From an uncultured Bacteroidia bacterium (GTDB taxonomy: Bacteria; Bacteroidota; Bacteroidia; JANWVE01): 64,000 nt of DNA. The DNA is taken from the NCBI GenBank assembly GCA_938028625.1, contig CALIZB010000045.1, forward strand, positions 192 through 64,191, given 5' to 3'. The notes beneath the pieces were generated by a model, which did no database searches, was not told where the DNA came from, and saw nothing but the letters and a program-made list of their open reading frames with translations. Position numbers and translations under genes: made by a program. Shown here in pieces: positions 9,861 to 18,840 of this stretch; within the stretch, counting starts at the first letter, position 1, and each line of letters starts with the position of its first letter.

Positions 9861-10796
9861 ATGGCAGAATATCTTGTTTTTGCAAGCGAAGGATATGTAT
9901 ATCTAGAAGAGAAACTTGTTTCTCTGCTTCCTGGTGCGGAACATGGCACGGCAGAAAAAAAGGTATTTCCTGACGGAGAAATCTATCATCGTATTGTGTC
10001 TGATGTACAGGATAAAAACATTATTTTTGTTGTAGATACGACTACTGAACAGGCGGTACTCAACGGATATGATGTAGCCTGTGCTATGGTTAAGTACGGG
10101 GCAGAAAGTCTGACATTAGTTATTCCGTATTTTGCATATAGCACTATGGAACGCGCAATAAAACAAGGTGAAGTAGTAAAAGCTAAAACAAGAGCAAGAT
10201 TATTTTCTAATATTCCCCAAGCACACAGAGGTAACCATATCATCTTGATAGATTTGCATGCCGAAGGCATACCGCATTACTTTGAAAATGACGTAATATG
10301 CACACATTTGTACGCAAAACCTGTCGTTATACAGGCAATAAGGGAATTTGGCGGAGAGGATTTTATATTAGCTTCCACAGATGCGGGACGTGCCAAATGG
10401 GTAGAGTCATTAGCTTCGGAGGTGCAAGTACCAAGTGCTTTTGTCTATAAAACAAGGTTAAGCGGTTCTGAAACCAAAATTACAGGTATCAACGCATCAG
10501 TACAAGGTAAAACGGTAGTTATCTATGATGATATGATACGTACAGGAGGTTCTCTCATAAACGCCGCCACAGCCTATCTTGAACACGGAGCAAAAGAAAT
10601 ATATGCGGTAGCTACACATTTAGTTTTACCTGAGGGCAGTTTAGAAAAAATACAGCAGAGCAATACCATTAAAAAAATAGCAGGAACAAATACACACCCC
10701 AACAGCCAAAAATATATTGCATCTGACTTTATTAAAGTGCATGACATCAGCAGTATTGTGGCTACTGCTATACACAAAAAAATAAAAATTGCATAA
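9861..10796 (+). CDS. prs: Ribose-phosphate pyrophosphokinase
   Basis: 'FPDGE', 'VIPYFAYS', 'IDLHA', PRPP motif 'VVIYDDMIRTGGSL', 'ATH'. ATG at 9861. Confidence 0.92.
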   Translation: MAEYLVFASEGYVYLEEKLVSLLPGAEHGTAEKKVFPDGEIYHRIVSDVQDKNIIFVVDTTTEQAVLNGYDVACAMVKYGAESLTLVIPYFAYSTMERAIKQGEVVKAKTRARLFSNIPQAHRGNHIILIDLHAEGIPHYFENDVICTHLYAKPVVIQAIREFGGEDFILASTDAGRAKWVESLASEVQVPSAFVYKTRLSGSETKITGINASVQGKTVVIYDDMIRTGGSLINAATAYLEHGAKEIYAVATHLVLPEGSLEKIQQSNTIKKIAGTNTHPNSQKYIASDFIKVHDISSIVATAIHKKIKIA

Positions 10797-10805
10797 CGTT
10801 GCCGT

Positions 10806-11372
10806 ATGAAAGTATGGAAAAAACGCCTTATAAGATGGACCTCTGTTTTGTTTTTTTTTGCAGGGATTTTTCTTTTTATGGATTACAGGCGTATCGGAAA
10901 GGTTATCAATGAATACAACGGAGTTCCTATTTATTACAATGGATTAGTATTTCAATCGCCTAAAAAGCCGCATAAAAGTGAAAAAGGGGTCTATTATGGC
11001 ATAAAATGGGAAAGCACAGAGTTTGTTCGCAGATATTATTATGAAAAGCTAAAGTATTATATTCCTGCAAAATATCATTATGCTATTAGTTGGGTAGGAT
11101 ATGGAGTTAAAGCAGGCGAGAGAAACCCTATTGGATTGCGTCAGTACTATAACGGCGGTACAGTTAAACCTCAAAAAGACGATATAATAGTGTTTAAAAA
11201 CAAAAAATACGGACATTGCGCCCTCATAGCCGAAGTGTACGACAATGACTTGATTGTACTGTATCAGCAGAATGTATGGGGCTGGTCTAAAGAAAAATGT
11301 AAGCTCAAAAAAGAAAATAACCGCTATTATATAGGAAGTTACCTTACCCCGATAGCCTGGATGAGAAAATAA
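10806..11372 (+). CDS. Membrane-anchored CHAP-domain protein with Ser at the catalytic Cys position
   Basis: N-terminal TM; 'YNGVPIYYNG', 'YYGIKWESTEFVRRYYY', 'PQKDDIIVF', 'YGHCALI', 'QQN'. Confidence 0.75.
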   Translation: MKVWKKRLIRWTSVLFFFAGIFLFMDYRRIGKVINEYNGVPIYYNGLVFQSPKKPHKSEKGVYYGIKWESTEFVRRYYYEKLKYYIPAKYHYAISWVGYGVKAGERNPIGLRQYYNGGTVKPQKDDIIVFKNKKYGHCALIAEVYDNDLIVLYQQNVWGWSKEKCKLKKENNRYYIGSYLTPIAWMRK

Positions 11373-11511
11373 GCATAAGGCGGAAAAATCATGTAAAGAT
11401 ATAGTTGCTGTATTTTTATCATGTATAACATCATACCAGCCATTCATTGCAATTTTTTTGATATACTTTCCAACCTTTTTTATATTTATTTACTCTTTAT
11501 GGCAAAGAACT

Positions 11512-12045
11512 GTGAATATCTCCGAAGAGACACTCATTCAGGGCTGTGTACAGCAGGACAGGCGTTATCAGAAATTGTTGTATGAAAGATACTGCGAAGC
11601 TATGTTTACTGTAGCTGTGCGTTTGTGTAATTCTTACGAAGATGCCGAAGATGCGTTACAGGAGGCTTTTGTAGAGATATTCAGGAATATTCAACAGTTT
11701 CGTAAAGAAAGTACACTCGGTGCCTGGATAAAAAAAATTGTGGTACGCTCTGCTATCAGAAAAACAAGAAAAGATACAAAATACACTGAATACGAAATAA
11801 TACATGATATTACTGATGACCTTGATACATACATTACTCAGGAAACTGACATGGAGTATCTTGAAAAATGTATTTTATCTTTACCCGAAAAATGCAGACA
11901 GATATTTGTTCTATCAGAAATTGAAGGATATGCACACGAGGAAATTGCCCAGATGCTCAATATTTCCATAGGTACGTCTAAATCGCAACTACATTATGCT
12001 AAACAACTTTTAAAGCAAAAACTACAAATTATACTTAAAAACTGA
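11512..12045 (+). CDS. ECF RNA polymerase sigma-70 factor
   Basis: 'AEDALQEAFVEIF', 'GAWIKKI', region 4 'IFVLSEIEGYAHEEIAQMLNISIGTSKSQL'. Start uncertain (GTG 11512). Confidence 0.92.
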   Translation: MNISEETLIQGCVQQDRRYQKLLYERYCEAMFTVAVRLCNSYEDAEDALQEAFVEIFRNIQQFRKESTLGAWIKKIVVRSAIRKTRKDTKYTEYEIIHDITDDLDTYITQETDMEYLEKCILSLPEKCRQIFVLSEIEGYAHEEIAQMLNISIGTSKSQLHYAKQLLKQKLQIILKN

Positions 12046-12047
12046 AT

Positions 12048-12560
12048 ATGAAAACAAATTTATACCAAAAATTACCTGTATATAAACCCTCTGACAAGGT
12101 ATGGCAGAATATTGAAAAAGAACTTGATGCTCTGCAAAAAGTACAATCCAACGTAAAATATGTTTATTTGTGGCCTCTTGTAGCAGGTTTTATATTGGTT
12201 TTTTTTGCCACTTTATTGTTTGTAAATAGACAGAGTGAAGTAGCCAAAAATCATCAGAGTTTGCAGATTACGTATTCTGAGGAAATACTAGACTCTGTAT
12301 TAGTACAAAAAGTTCAGACTGACACCGTTTCTGATACAGAAATAGAAAATATTTGTGAGATGCAACCTGTAAAATGTGAAGACGAATATGCAAAATCTTT
12401 ACTCAAACAGATACAGGACTTATCTCAAGCATATTTAGAATTAGACCAAAGTACCGCAGAACAGTCCATTCCTGATGTAACTGTACAAAAGCAAAAAGCC
12501 CATTTAGAAAAAGAAAAACACAAGCGAATCAAAAAACTGAAACGTTATCTAAATGAATAA
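12048..12560 (+). CDS. Putative anti-sigma factor (single TM)
   Basis: Directly follows the ECF sigma; 'P...VWQNIEKEL' N-terminus followed by one TM helix. Confidence 0.6.
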   Translation: MKTNLYQKLPVYKPSDKVWQNIEKELDALQKVQSNVKYVYLWPLVAGFILVFFATLLFVNRQSEVAKNHQSLQITYSEEILDSVLVQKVQTDTVSDTEIENICEMQPVKCEDEYAKSLLKQIQDLSQAYLELDQSTAEQSIPDVTVQKQKAHLEKEKHKRIKKLKRYLNE

Positions 12561-12585
12561 AAATGCTTATTTTTGTGGTTAAGCC

Positions 12586-13341
12586 ATGTTAAGTATAGAG
12601 AATGCGAGCAAAATTTTTGTTATAGATGAACATACACGCATTTATGGATTGAATGAAGTTTCTTTATCCTTACAAAAAGAGGACTTTCTGATACTTATTG
12701 GCAGTAATGGCAGTGGAAAAAGCACTTTGCTTAATGCTATCAGCGGGTATATTGCTTTGAATTCAGGTAAAATTCTGCTCAATGGCAAAGAAATTACACA
12801 CCTATCTGCCCGTGAACGAAGCAAAAGTATTGTCAGAATAGCACAAAATCCTGCAACTAATACGGTTTCAGAACTTTCTGTGGTTCAGAATTTCAGATTG
12901 GCTTATTTGAGAAAACGAAGTACTGGACTGAAAAAAGCTATAGATAGGTCTTTTTACAAAGAGGTTCAGGAAAAAGTAAGTCTGCTCAATATGGGATTAG
13001 AAAACAAACTTAATCAGGAAATGAGCAAACTTTCAGGAGGACAAAGGCAGGCTTTGTCTGTACTCATGTATACTTGGCATAAACCTGAACTGTTGTTGTT
13101 AGATGAACCCACAGCCGCATTAGATGTAAAATCTGCTGATACTGTAATGAATATCGTGCAATATATCACAAAAGAGCATAAAATTCCTTGTATCCTGATT
13201 ACGCATAATCTTAAAGATATGATACAGTACGGAAATCGCTTAATACAACTGAACCAAGGTAAAATTATCAGGAATATTACTGAACAAGAAAAACAAAACT
13301 TATCTACCTCAGAAATTCTTGCGTGGCTGTCGGAGATGTAA
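12586..13341 (+). CDS. ABC transporter ATP-binding protein
   Basis: Walker A GSNGSGKS, LSGGQ, LLLLDEPT, H-loop. Confidence 0.93.
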   Translation: MLSIENASKIFVIDEHTRIYGLNEVSLSLQKEDFLILIGSNGSGKSTLLNAISGYIALNSGKILLNGKEITHLSARERSKSIVRIAQNPATNTVSELSVVQNFRLAYLRKRSTGLKKAIDRSFYKEVQEKVSLLNMGLENKLNQEMSKLSGGQRQALSVLMYTWHKPELLLLDEPTAALDVKSADTVMNIVQYITKEHKIPCILITHNLKDMIQYGNRLIQLNQGKIIRNITEQEKQNLSTSEILAWLSEM

Positions 13342-13384
13342 ACCATCAAACTCTTTAAGCAAGCATAAAAAAATAGATTTTTTA

Positions 13385-14488
13385 TTACTTTCCTAATTGT
13401 TTTTTCAAGTCTTTATAGGCGTTTTGTGCTTCTAAATTATTAGGATTGAATTTTACAGCGAGCTTATAATCTTCCAACGCTCTTTCTTTATTGTCAAGAG
13501 CTTCGTTGCATGTACCACGCATGTATAAAGCATCAGAAAAAGTATTGTCCAATTGAATGGCACGGGTAAAATCTTCGCGAGCAAAGGCATACTGTTTTTT
13601 CTCCCATTGTATCAAACCTCTGTTGTAGTACGCATTTTTATAGGAAGGATTGATAAACAGACATTTGTTATATGCAAAAATCGCTTTATCCAATTCTTGG
13701 TTTTCCTGCAACAAAACTCCCATATTATAGTGTGCATTAGCGTTATTTTCGTTGAATTTAATTGATTTTTGATAATAATTTAGGGCTTGTTGGTATAAGT
13801 TAGAAGCCTCTTTTTTTTGTGTTTTAGCTAATTTCCATTCTTCATGTGCCATCTGACCAAGTTCTAAGTGTGCATTAGAAAAAGTGCTATCATATTCAAG
13901 TGTTTTTTCAAAATATTTACGTGCTTCTGTGTTATTATTTTTATTGCGATACACTAATCCTAGTCCAAAGTAGGCAGGGGGATAGTTAGGAGATTTTTCC
14001 AGAGCTATCTGAAATAATTTTTGAGCGTTATCTACTTTACCTTGATAAAAAAGAATAGTAGCCGCTGCGGCGTAAATAGCAGGATTATTTGTACCTAATT
14101 TAATAGCTTCTTGATACGCATTAAGGGCTTCGTCATCTTTAGCTAATACATATTCGTATATTCCCAACTGGTAATGATAATCAGGGTTTTTAGGTTCTAA
14201 TTCAATAGCACGCTTAACATCTAAAACAGCCGTATTAACTTCACCTTTCTGAAAGTTAAGCACAGAACGGCGATAATATAAATCAGGTTTAGGTGCAAAT
14301 TTTTCTAAACTATCTGTAATATCTTTTATACCTTTTTCTATAATTTTCAGTTGTTTTTCAGTATCAGATAGTTGTATGTTTGTTTTTTGTTGTAGGCTAT
14401 CTTTTTTAGTTGTTTTTTTATCTGAACTACAATCGGTGAGCAAAACAGCAGATATGAGCAGTAAAAAAAGGAAAATACTTTTTTGCAT
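13385..14488 (-). CDS. Tetratricopeptide-repeat lipoprotein
   Basis: Lipobox LTD-C; multiple TPR units (AYYNRG..., AHYNMG...). Confidence 0.85.
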   Translation of the reverse strand: MQKSIFLFLLLISAVLLTDCSSDKKTTKKDSLQQKTNIQLSDTEKQLKIIEKGIKDITDSLEKFAPKPDLYYRRSVLNFQKGEVNTAVLDVKRAIELEPKNPDYHYQLGIYEYVLAKDDEALNAYQEAIKLGTNNPAIYAAAATILFYQGKVDNAQKLFQIALEKSPNYPPAYFGLGLVYRNKNNNTEARKYFEKTLEYDSTFSNAHLELGQMAHEEWKLAKTQKKEASNLYQQALNYYQKSIKFNENNANAHYNMGVLLQENQELDKAIFAYNKCLFINPSYKNAYYNRGLIQWEKKQYAFAREDFTRAIQLDNTFSDALYMRGTCNEALDNKERALEDYKLAVKFNPNNLEAQNAYKDLKKQLGK

Positions 14489-14496
14489 AGGTTAAT

Positions 14497-15354
14497 TTAT
14501 TTTTGTTCAGGGTATATGTAAAACCCTTTACCTGTTTTTCTTCCCCAGAATTTAGCTTCTACTTTTTTCTGTTGAATAAGATTAGGTCTAAAACGAGCAT
14601 CTTGGTAAAAAGCATTAAATAAAGAAACCGTTACAGAAAAATTGACGTCTACCCCAATTAAGTCCATCAATTTGAATGCGCCCATTTTAAATCCTGTGGC
14701 TTCTAAAAGTTCGTCTATTTGTTCCATCTCTGCAGCCTGTTCAGAAAGAATTTTTAGACTTTCTCCGTAAAAATGGCGTGCCACTCGATTGACAATAAAT
14801 CCAGGGTAATCTTTAACTAAAATAGCCGTTTTTTGCATATTTTCGGCTACTTTTTTAACTATGTCTACAAGTTTTGTATCTGAGGCTTCACCTGCTATTA
14901 CTTCTACTAATTTCATCACAGGAGCGGGATTAAAAAAGTGCATACCTATTACACGTTCAGGATATTTGCATGCAGACGCAATTTGTGTAATAGGAATAGA
15001 GGAGGTATTACTGCAAAAAATAGTATTAGCAGGCATACGCTCTTCTAATGCAGAGAATAAATCCTGTTTAGCTTTAAGATTTTCTACAATAGCCTCAATA
15101 ACTAAATCTGCATTGATTTCAGAAAATTCTGATGTATATGTGATGCGATGTAAAGAAGCGTTTTTTTGCTCTGTGGTGATTTTTTGTTTCTGTGCAAGGT
15201 TTTCCAGCGCAATTTCTATATTCAGTTTGGCTTTTTTGAGTGCTACGTCATTGATATCAAACAGAATAGTACGGTAACCGTGCATGGCGGCTACTTGGGC
15301 AATACCCGTACCCATAGTTCCAGAACCAATAACAGCAATAGTTTTTATATCCAT
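14497..15354 (-). CDS. 3-hydroxyacyl-CoA / 3-hydroxybutyryl-CoA dehydrogenase (Hbd/PaaH-like)
   Basis: GSGTMGTGIA, 'VIEAIVE', 'SNTSS', 'GMHFFNPAPVMKLVE', 'PGFIVNR', 'GRKTGKGFY'. Confidence 0.92.
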   Translation of the reverse strand: MDIKTIAVIGSGTMGTGIAQVAAMHGYRTILFDINDVALKKAKLNIEIALENLAQKQKITTEQKNASLHRITYTSEFSEINADLVIEAIVENLKAKQDLFSALEERMPANTIFCSNTSSIPITQIASACKYPERVIGMHFFNPAPVMKLVEVIAGEASDTKLVDIVKKVAENMQKTAILVKDYPGFIVNRVARHFYGESLKILSEQAAEMEQIDELLEATGFKMGAFKLMDLIGVDVNFSVTVSLFNAFYQDARFRPNLIQQKKVEAKFWGRKTGKGFYIYPEQK

Positions 15355-15373
15355 AATGCAAAGATAGAGTTTT

Positions 15374-15886
15374 TTAATCTCTTAAACGGAAGGAATTCAT
15401 ATCTCTTACAAGGCGTTCATCTTTTTCTATGTAGTAAGAAGCTAATAAACAAAGTATTATGCTAATAATCGGAAAAATTACCCCTATCTGTAAGTTACTA
15501 CCTTGTAAGGCATTTGCTCCTGCAAATTGGCTAATCTGGTTCTGTGTATAGTATGCTCTTGCAAAAATATAACTAGCTTGTAAAAAAGCAATTCCTGCCG
15601 ACAGCCACGCGATACGTTTCTGCAAACGTCTTTTTTTATACAGAAAAATACATACTACTGTACTGATGATAAATAAAACACTTAAAATAAGTACCCATCT
15701 TATAGGATAAGTAGTGTTGTAGATAGAAACCACATTACTTAAATTTTTAATGTATTGTCCATGAAAAACAATCACAGCCTGACTGTTCACGGAGTTAAAT
15801 TCAAATCGCCAGAGTTCTGTAAATAAAGTAAAAGTATTTAACACACCCGCTAAAAACAACCAGACTGTCTGAATTCTTTGTATCAT
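15374..15886 (-). CDS. DUF4293 family membrane protein
   Basis: 'MIQRIQTVWL', 'IFLYKKRRLQ', 'IEKDERLVR...RLR'. Confidence 0.85.
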   Translation of the reverse strand: MIQRIQTVWLFLAGVLNTFTLFTELWRFEFNSVNSQAVIVFHGQYIKNLSNVVSIYNTTYPIRWVLILSVLFIISTVVCIFLYKKRRLQKRIAWLSAGIAFLQASYIFARAYYTQNQISQFAGANALQGSNLQIGVIFPIISIILCLLASYYIEKDERLVRDMNSFRLRD

Positions 15887-15990
15887 ATTAAAAAATATAG
15901 AATTTTAAGTTTTTACATCTAAATTTTACTTTGTTTGCAAAGGTAGTAATAAATTAGCAATTACAAGTTTTATGAGTATTCATTTTTCTT

Positions 15991-16112
15991 TTTTTGGGCG
16001 TGTCCTTCACCCTTCGGCAAGCTCAGGGTTCAGGTCGGCGTGCTTTGGGCTACGCTATCGCTTCGGTGCTACGCACTGTGCTCACGCACACCCTTCGCAT
16101 GCCTCACGCAAT
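15991..16112. repeat. GC-rich palindromic intergenic element (REP/MITE-like)
   Basis: Sharp GC-rich island. The ends GGGCGTGT and GCATGCCT can pair, and there is an internal hairpin ACCCT-tcggcaagctc-AGGGT. Only one copy in this window. Confidence 0.55.
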
Positions 16113-16137
16113 TCCTAAATCAAAATTCCTGATTGTA

Positions 16138-17808
16138 TTACATAAGTTTTTTGTATTTAATCCGTTTGGGTATGGCATCTTTACCCAGTTTCTTTTTACG
16201 GTCTTCTTCATATTCTTGGAAGTTCCCTTCAAAAAACCGCACTTGACTATCCCCTTCAAAAGCTAAAATATGCGTAGCTACACGGTCTAAAAACCATCTA
16301 TCGTGAGAGATAATCAAAGCGCATCCTGCGTAATTATTAATAGCTTCTTCTAATGCCCGCAAGGTATTTACATCAATGTCGTTAGTAGGTTCGTCTAATA
16401 ACAGTACATTACTCCCCGATTTAAGCATAGATGCGAGATGCAAACGGTTTCTTTCTCCCCCTGAAAGCTGACTTACTTTTTTAGATTGGTCACTACCTGT
16501 AAAATTAAATTTGCTCAAATAAGCCCGTGCATTCATAGTTCTATTACCAATAACAATATTTTCATTTCCTTCTGAAATAAACTCATAGATAGATTTATCT
16601 GCATTAGCTACAAGGTTATCATGTTCTTGGTCTACATAGCCTAAATCCACGGTTTCTCCTATGCGGATAGAACCTGTATCAGGTTTTTCTTTACCTACAA
16701 TCATGCGGAATAGCGTAGTTTTACCTGCACCATTAGGTCCGATAATTCCTACTACTGCACCTTTGGGAATGCTAAATGTAGTGTTTTCTATTAAAAGTTT
16801 ATCTCCATAGCTTTTAGAAACATTATCAAATTCTATCACTACATTACCAAGTGGTCTGGATACAGGAATAAATATCTCTAATTCTTCAATTTTAGATTTG
16901 TTTTCTTCCGAAAGTAGTTTTTCATACGCACTAATACGGGCTTTGTTTTTGGTACGCCTGCCTGAGGGCGTCATGTTTATCCATTCTAATTCTCTTTCCA
17001 AAGTTTTCTGCCGTTGTGAGGCTTGTTTTTCTTCCTGTTCCAAACGTTTTTTCTTTTGCTGTAACCAAGAAGAATAATTTCCATGCCAAGGTATACCTTG
17101 TCCTCTATCTAATTCCAAAATCCATTCGGCTACATTATCCAAAAAATAACGGTCATGCGTAACGGCAATAACCGTACCTTTATATTGTTGTAAATGCTGT
17201 TCTAACCAATGCACGCTTTCTGCATCTAAATGGTTAGTAGGTTCATCTAATAAAAGAATATCAGGCTGTTGAAGTAATAAACGACATAAAGCTACGCGTC
17301 TTTTTTCTCCCCCTGATAGATGTTCTATACGAGCATCAGGTTCAGGACAACGAAGTGCGTCCATAGCTTTTTCTAAAACAATATCTATTTCCCATGCGTT
17401 TTTGGCATCTATTTGGTCTTGAAGTTCTGCTTGGCGAGCTAAAAGTTTATCATAATCGGCATCAGGGTCTGCAAATTTTTCATTCACGGCTTCGTATTCA
17501 GCGAGTAAATCCATGATGGGTTTTACACCTTCTCTGACTATCTCTATAACCGTTTTATTTTTATCTAATTCAGGTTCTTGGGGCAGATAGCCTACGGTAT
17601 ACCCTTGTGAAAGTACAGCTTTCCCTAGATAGTCTTGGTCTATACCTGCCATAATGCGTAATAAAGAAGATTTTCCCGCACCATTCAACCCGAGTACGCC
17701 AATCTTTGCTCCATAAAAATAGGATAAATAGATATCTTTGAGTACTTGCTTATTAGGGGGATATATTTTACCTACCCCTTCCATAGAATAAATAACTTGT
17801 CTGGACAT
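16138..17808 (-). CDS. ettA: Energy-dependent translational throttle ABC-F protein EttA
   Basis: 556 aa with two ABC domains; 'VLKDIYLSY..GAKIGVLGLNGAGKSSLL', C-terminal 'RIKYKKL'. Confidence 0.95.
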   Translation of the reverse strand: MSRQVIYSMEGVGKIYPPNKQVLKDIYLSYFYGAKIGVLGLNGAGKSSLLRIMAGIDQDYLGKAVLSQGYTVGYLPQEPELDKNKTVIEIVREGVKPIMDLLAEYEAVNEKFADPDADYDKLLARQAELQDQIDAKNAWEIDIVLEKAMDALRCPEPDARIEHLSGGEKRRVALCRLLLQQPDILLLDEPTNHLDAESVHWLEQHLQQYKGTVIAVTHDRYFLDNVAEWILELDRGQGIPWHGNYSSWLQQKKKRLEQEEKQASQRQKTLERELEWINMTPSGRRTKNKARISAYEKLLSEENKSKIEELEIFIPVSRPLGNVVIEFDNVSKSYGDKLLIENTTFSIPKGAVVGIIGPNGAGKTTLFRMIVGKEKPDTGSIRIGETVDLGYVDQEHDNLVANADKSIYEFISEGNENIVIGNRTMNARAYLSKFNFTGSDQSKKVSQLSGGERNRLHLASMLKSGSNVLLLDEPTNDIDVNTLRALEEAINNYAGCALIISHDRWFLDRVATHILAFEGDSQVRFFEGNFQEYEEDRKKKLGKDAIPKRIKYKKLM

Positions 17809-17952
17809 GCCACAAAAATACAGTAAAAATAAAAATACAAAATCAAACTTTTTGACTATTTCCCAGCATTTTCAAAAAATATTAGATGCTTTTTTACGAT
17901 TTTGAACTTTTTTACAATTTTGTTTTTTTATTTGCGCGTCAAACTACTAAAT

Positions 17953-18282
17953 ATGAAAACACACGAAATAGAATTTATTTTTCAAGAATCTGATAAAAAA
18001 CCTGTTACTATCAAAGCTGTGGAAGGAGAAAGTATATTAGAAGCGGCATTAGATGCAGGTATCCATATACAACACAATTGCGGAGGCGTGTGTGCATGCA
18101 CAACATGCCATGTGTACATAGAAGAAGGCATGGAGAACCTATCCGAAATGAGTGAAAAAGAACAAGACCGCATAGACCTTGCGGATAATGTAAAATTAGA
18201 ATCCCGATTAGCCTGTCAGTGTGAAGTATATGGTAGAGTAAAAGTACTTGTACCTGACCAAAGTGTGTATTTGGGGCATTAA
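17953..18282 (+). CDS. fdx: 2Fe-2S ferredoxin (ISC/adrenodoxin type)
   Basis: 'HNCGGVCACTTCHVYI', 'SRLACQC'. Confidence 0.9.
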   Translation: MKTHEIEFIFQESDKKPVTIKAVEGESILEAALDAGIHIQHNCGGVCACTTCHVYIEEGMENLSEMSEKEQDRIDLADNVKLESRLACQCEVYGRVKVLVPDQSVYLGH

Positions 18283-18366
18283 AATAAAAATACAAATTAC
18301 TTTAAACAAAGTAAGTGTAATTTATTCATTCAAAAACAGATATATCGGAACTTTTTAACATAAACC

Positions 18367-18397
18367 TTGACAAGAGTAAAAAATCATCTTACTTTTG
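18367..18397 (+). promoter_or_regulatory. Bacteroidota primary-sigma promoter (-33 TTG / -7 TACTTTTG)
   Basis: TTG at 18367-18369, 20-nt spacer, TACTTTTG at 18390-18397. Confidence 0.65.
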
Positions 18398-18413
18398 CAG
18401 TCCGCTTTTGAAT

Positions 18414-18701
18414 ATGACGCAAAACCGCACTATTGTTTTTGTAGCAGTTTCTGTTACCGCATACCTTACACAGATTGTATGCAAGCGCGGGCGCATGTGG
18501 ACAAAATTATCCCATATTCAAGAAGAAAGTTTTGCATTATTTAACTCTATTGTAGAAAAATTAGCAGACCTTATGGACAAAAAACCTGTCATTATTTTTG
18601 TCCCCGTATGTTTATTATTTTGGTCTGCAACAGAAAACAGCACTTTTTTTGTCAATGAAGTAGAATTAAGCAAGATAGGACAGTTTTGTGCTGCACCATA
18701 A
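18414..18701 (+). CDS. Putative secDF leader protein (possible translation-arrest peptide)
   Basis: 95-aa ORF between a consensus promoter and secDF; hydrophobic N-terminus; ends GQFCAAP-stop. Confidence 0.5.
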   Translation: MTQNRTIVFVAVSVTAYLTQIVCKRGRMWTKLSHIQEESFALFNSIVEKLADLMDKKPVIIFVPVCLLFWSATENSTFFVNEVELSKIGQFCAAP

Positions 18702-18840
18702 CTATCCATTTGTTCATTACTGTCTGTTTTTTTACTGTTCAACCTGTTACAAATTATCTCATTGCCAATTCTTTATTGTCAATTATCTATAATTCATTAT
18801 CCATCACAAATTTTCAATTTTAATTATTTCAACTTAATAT

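Noticed and set aside
15994..16266. 90-aa ORF MGVSFTLRQAQG...
   Set aside because: It is a translation of the GC-rich repeat plus the antisense strand of ettA, with no protein features.
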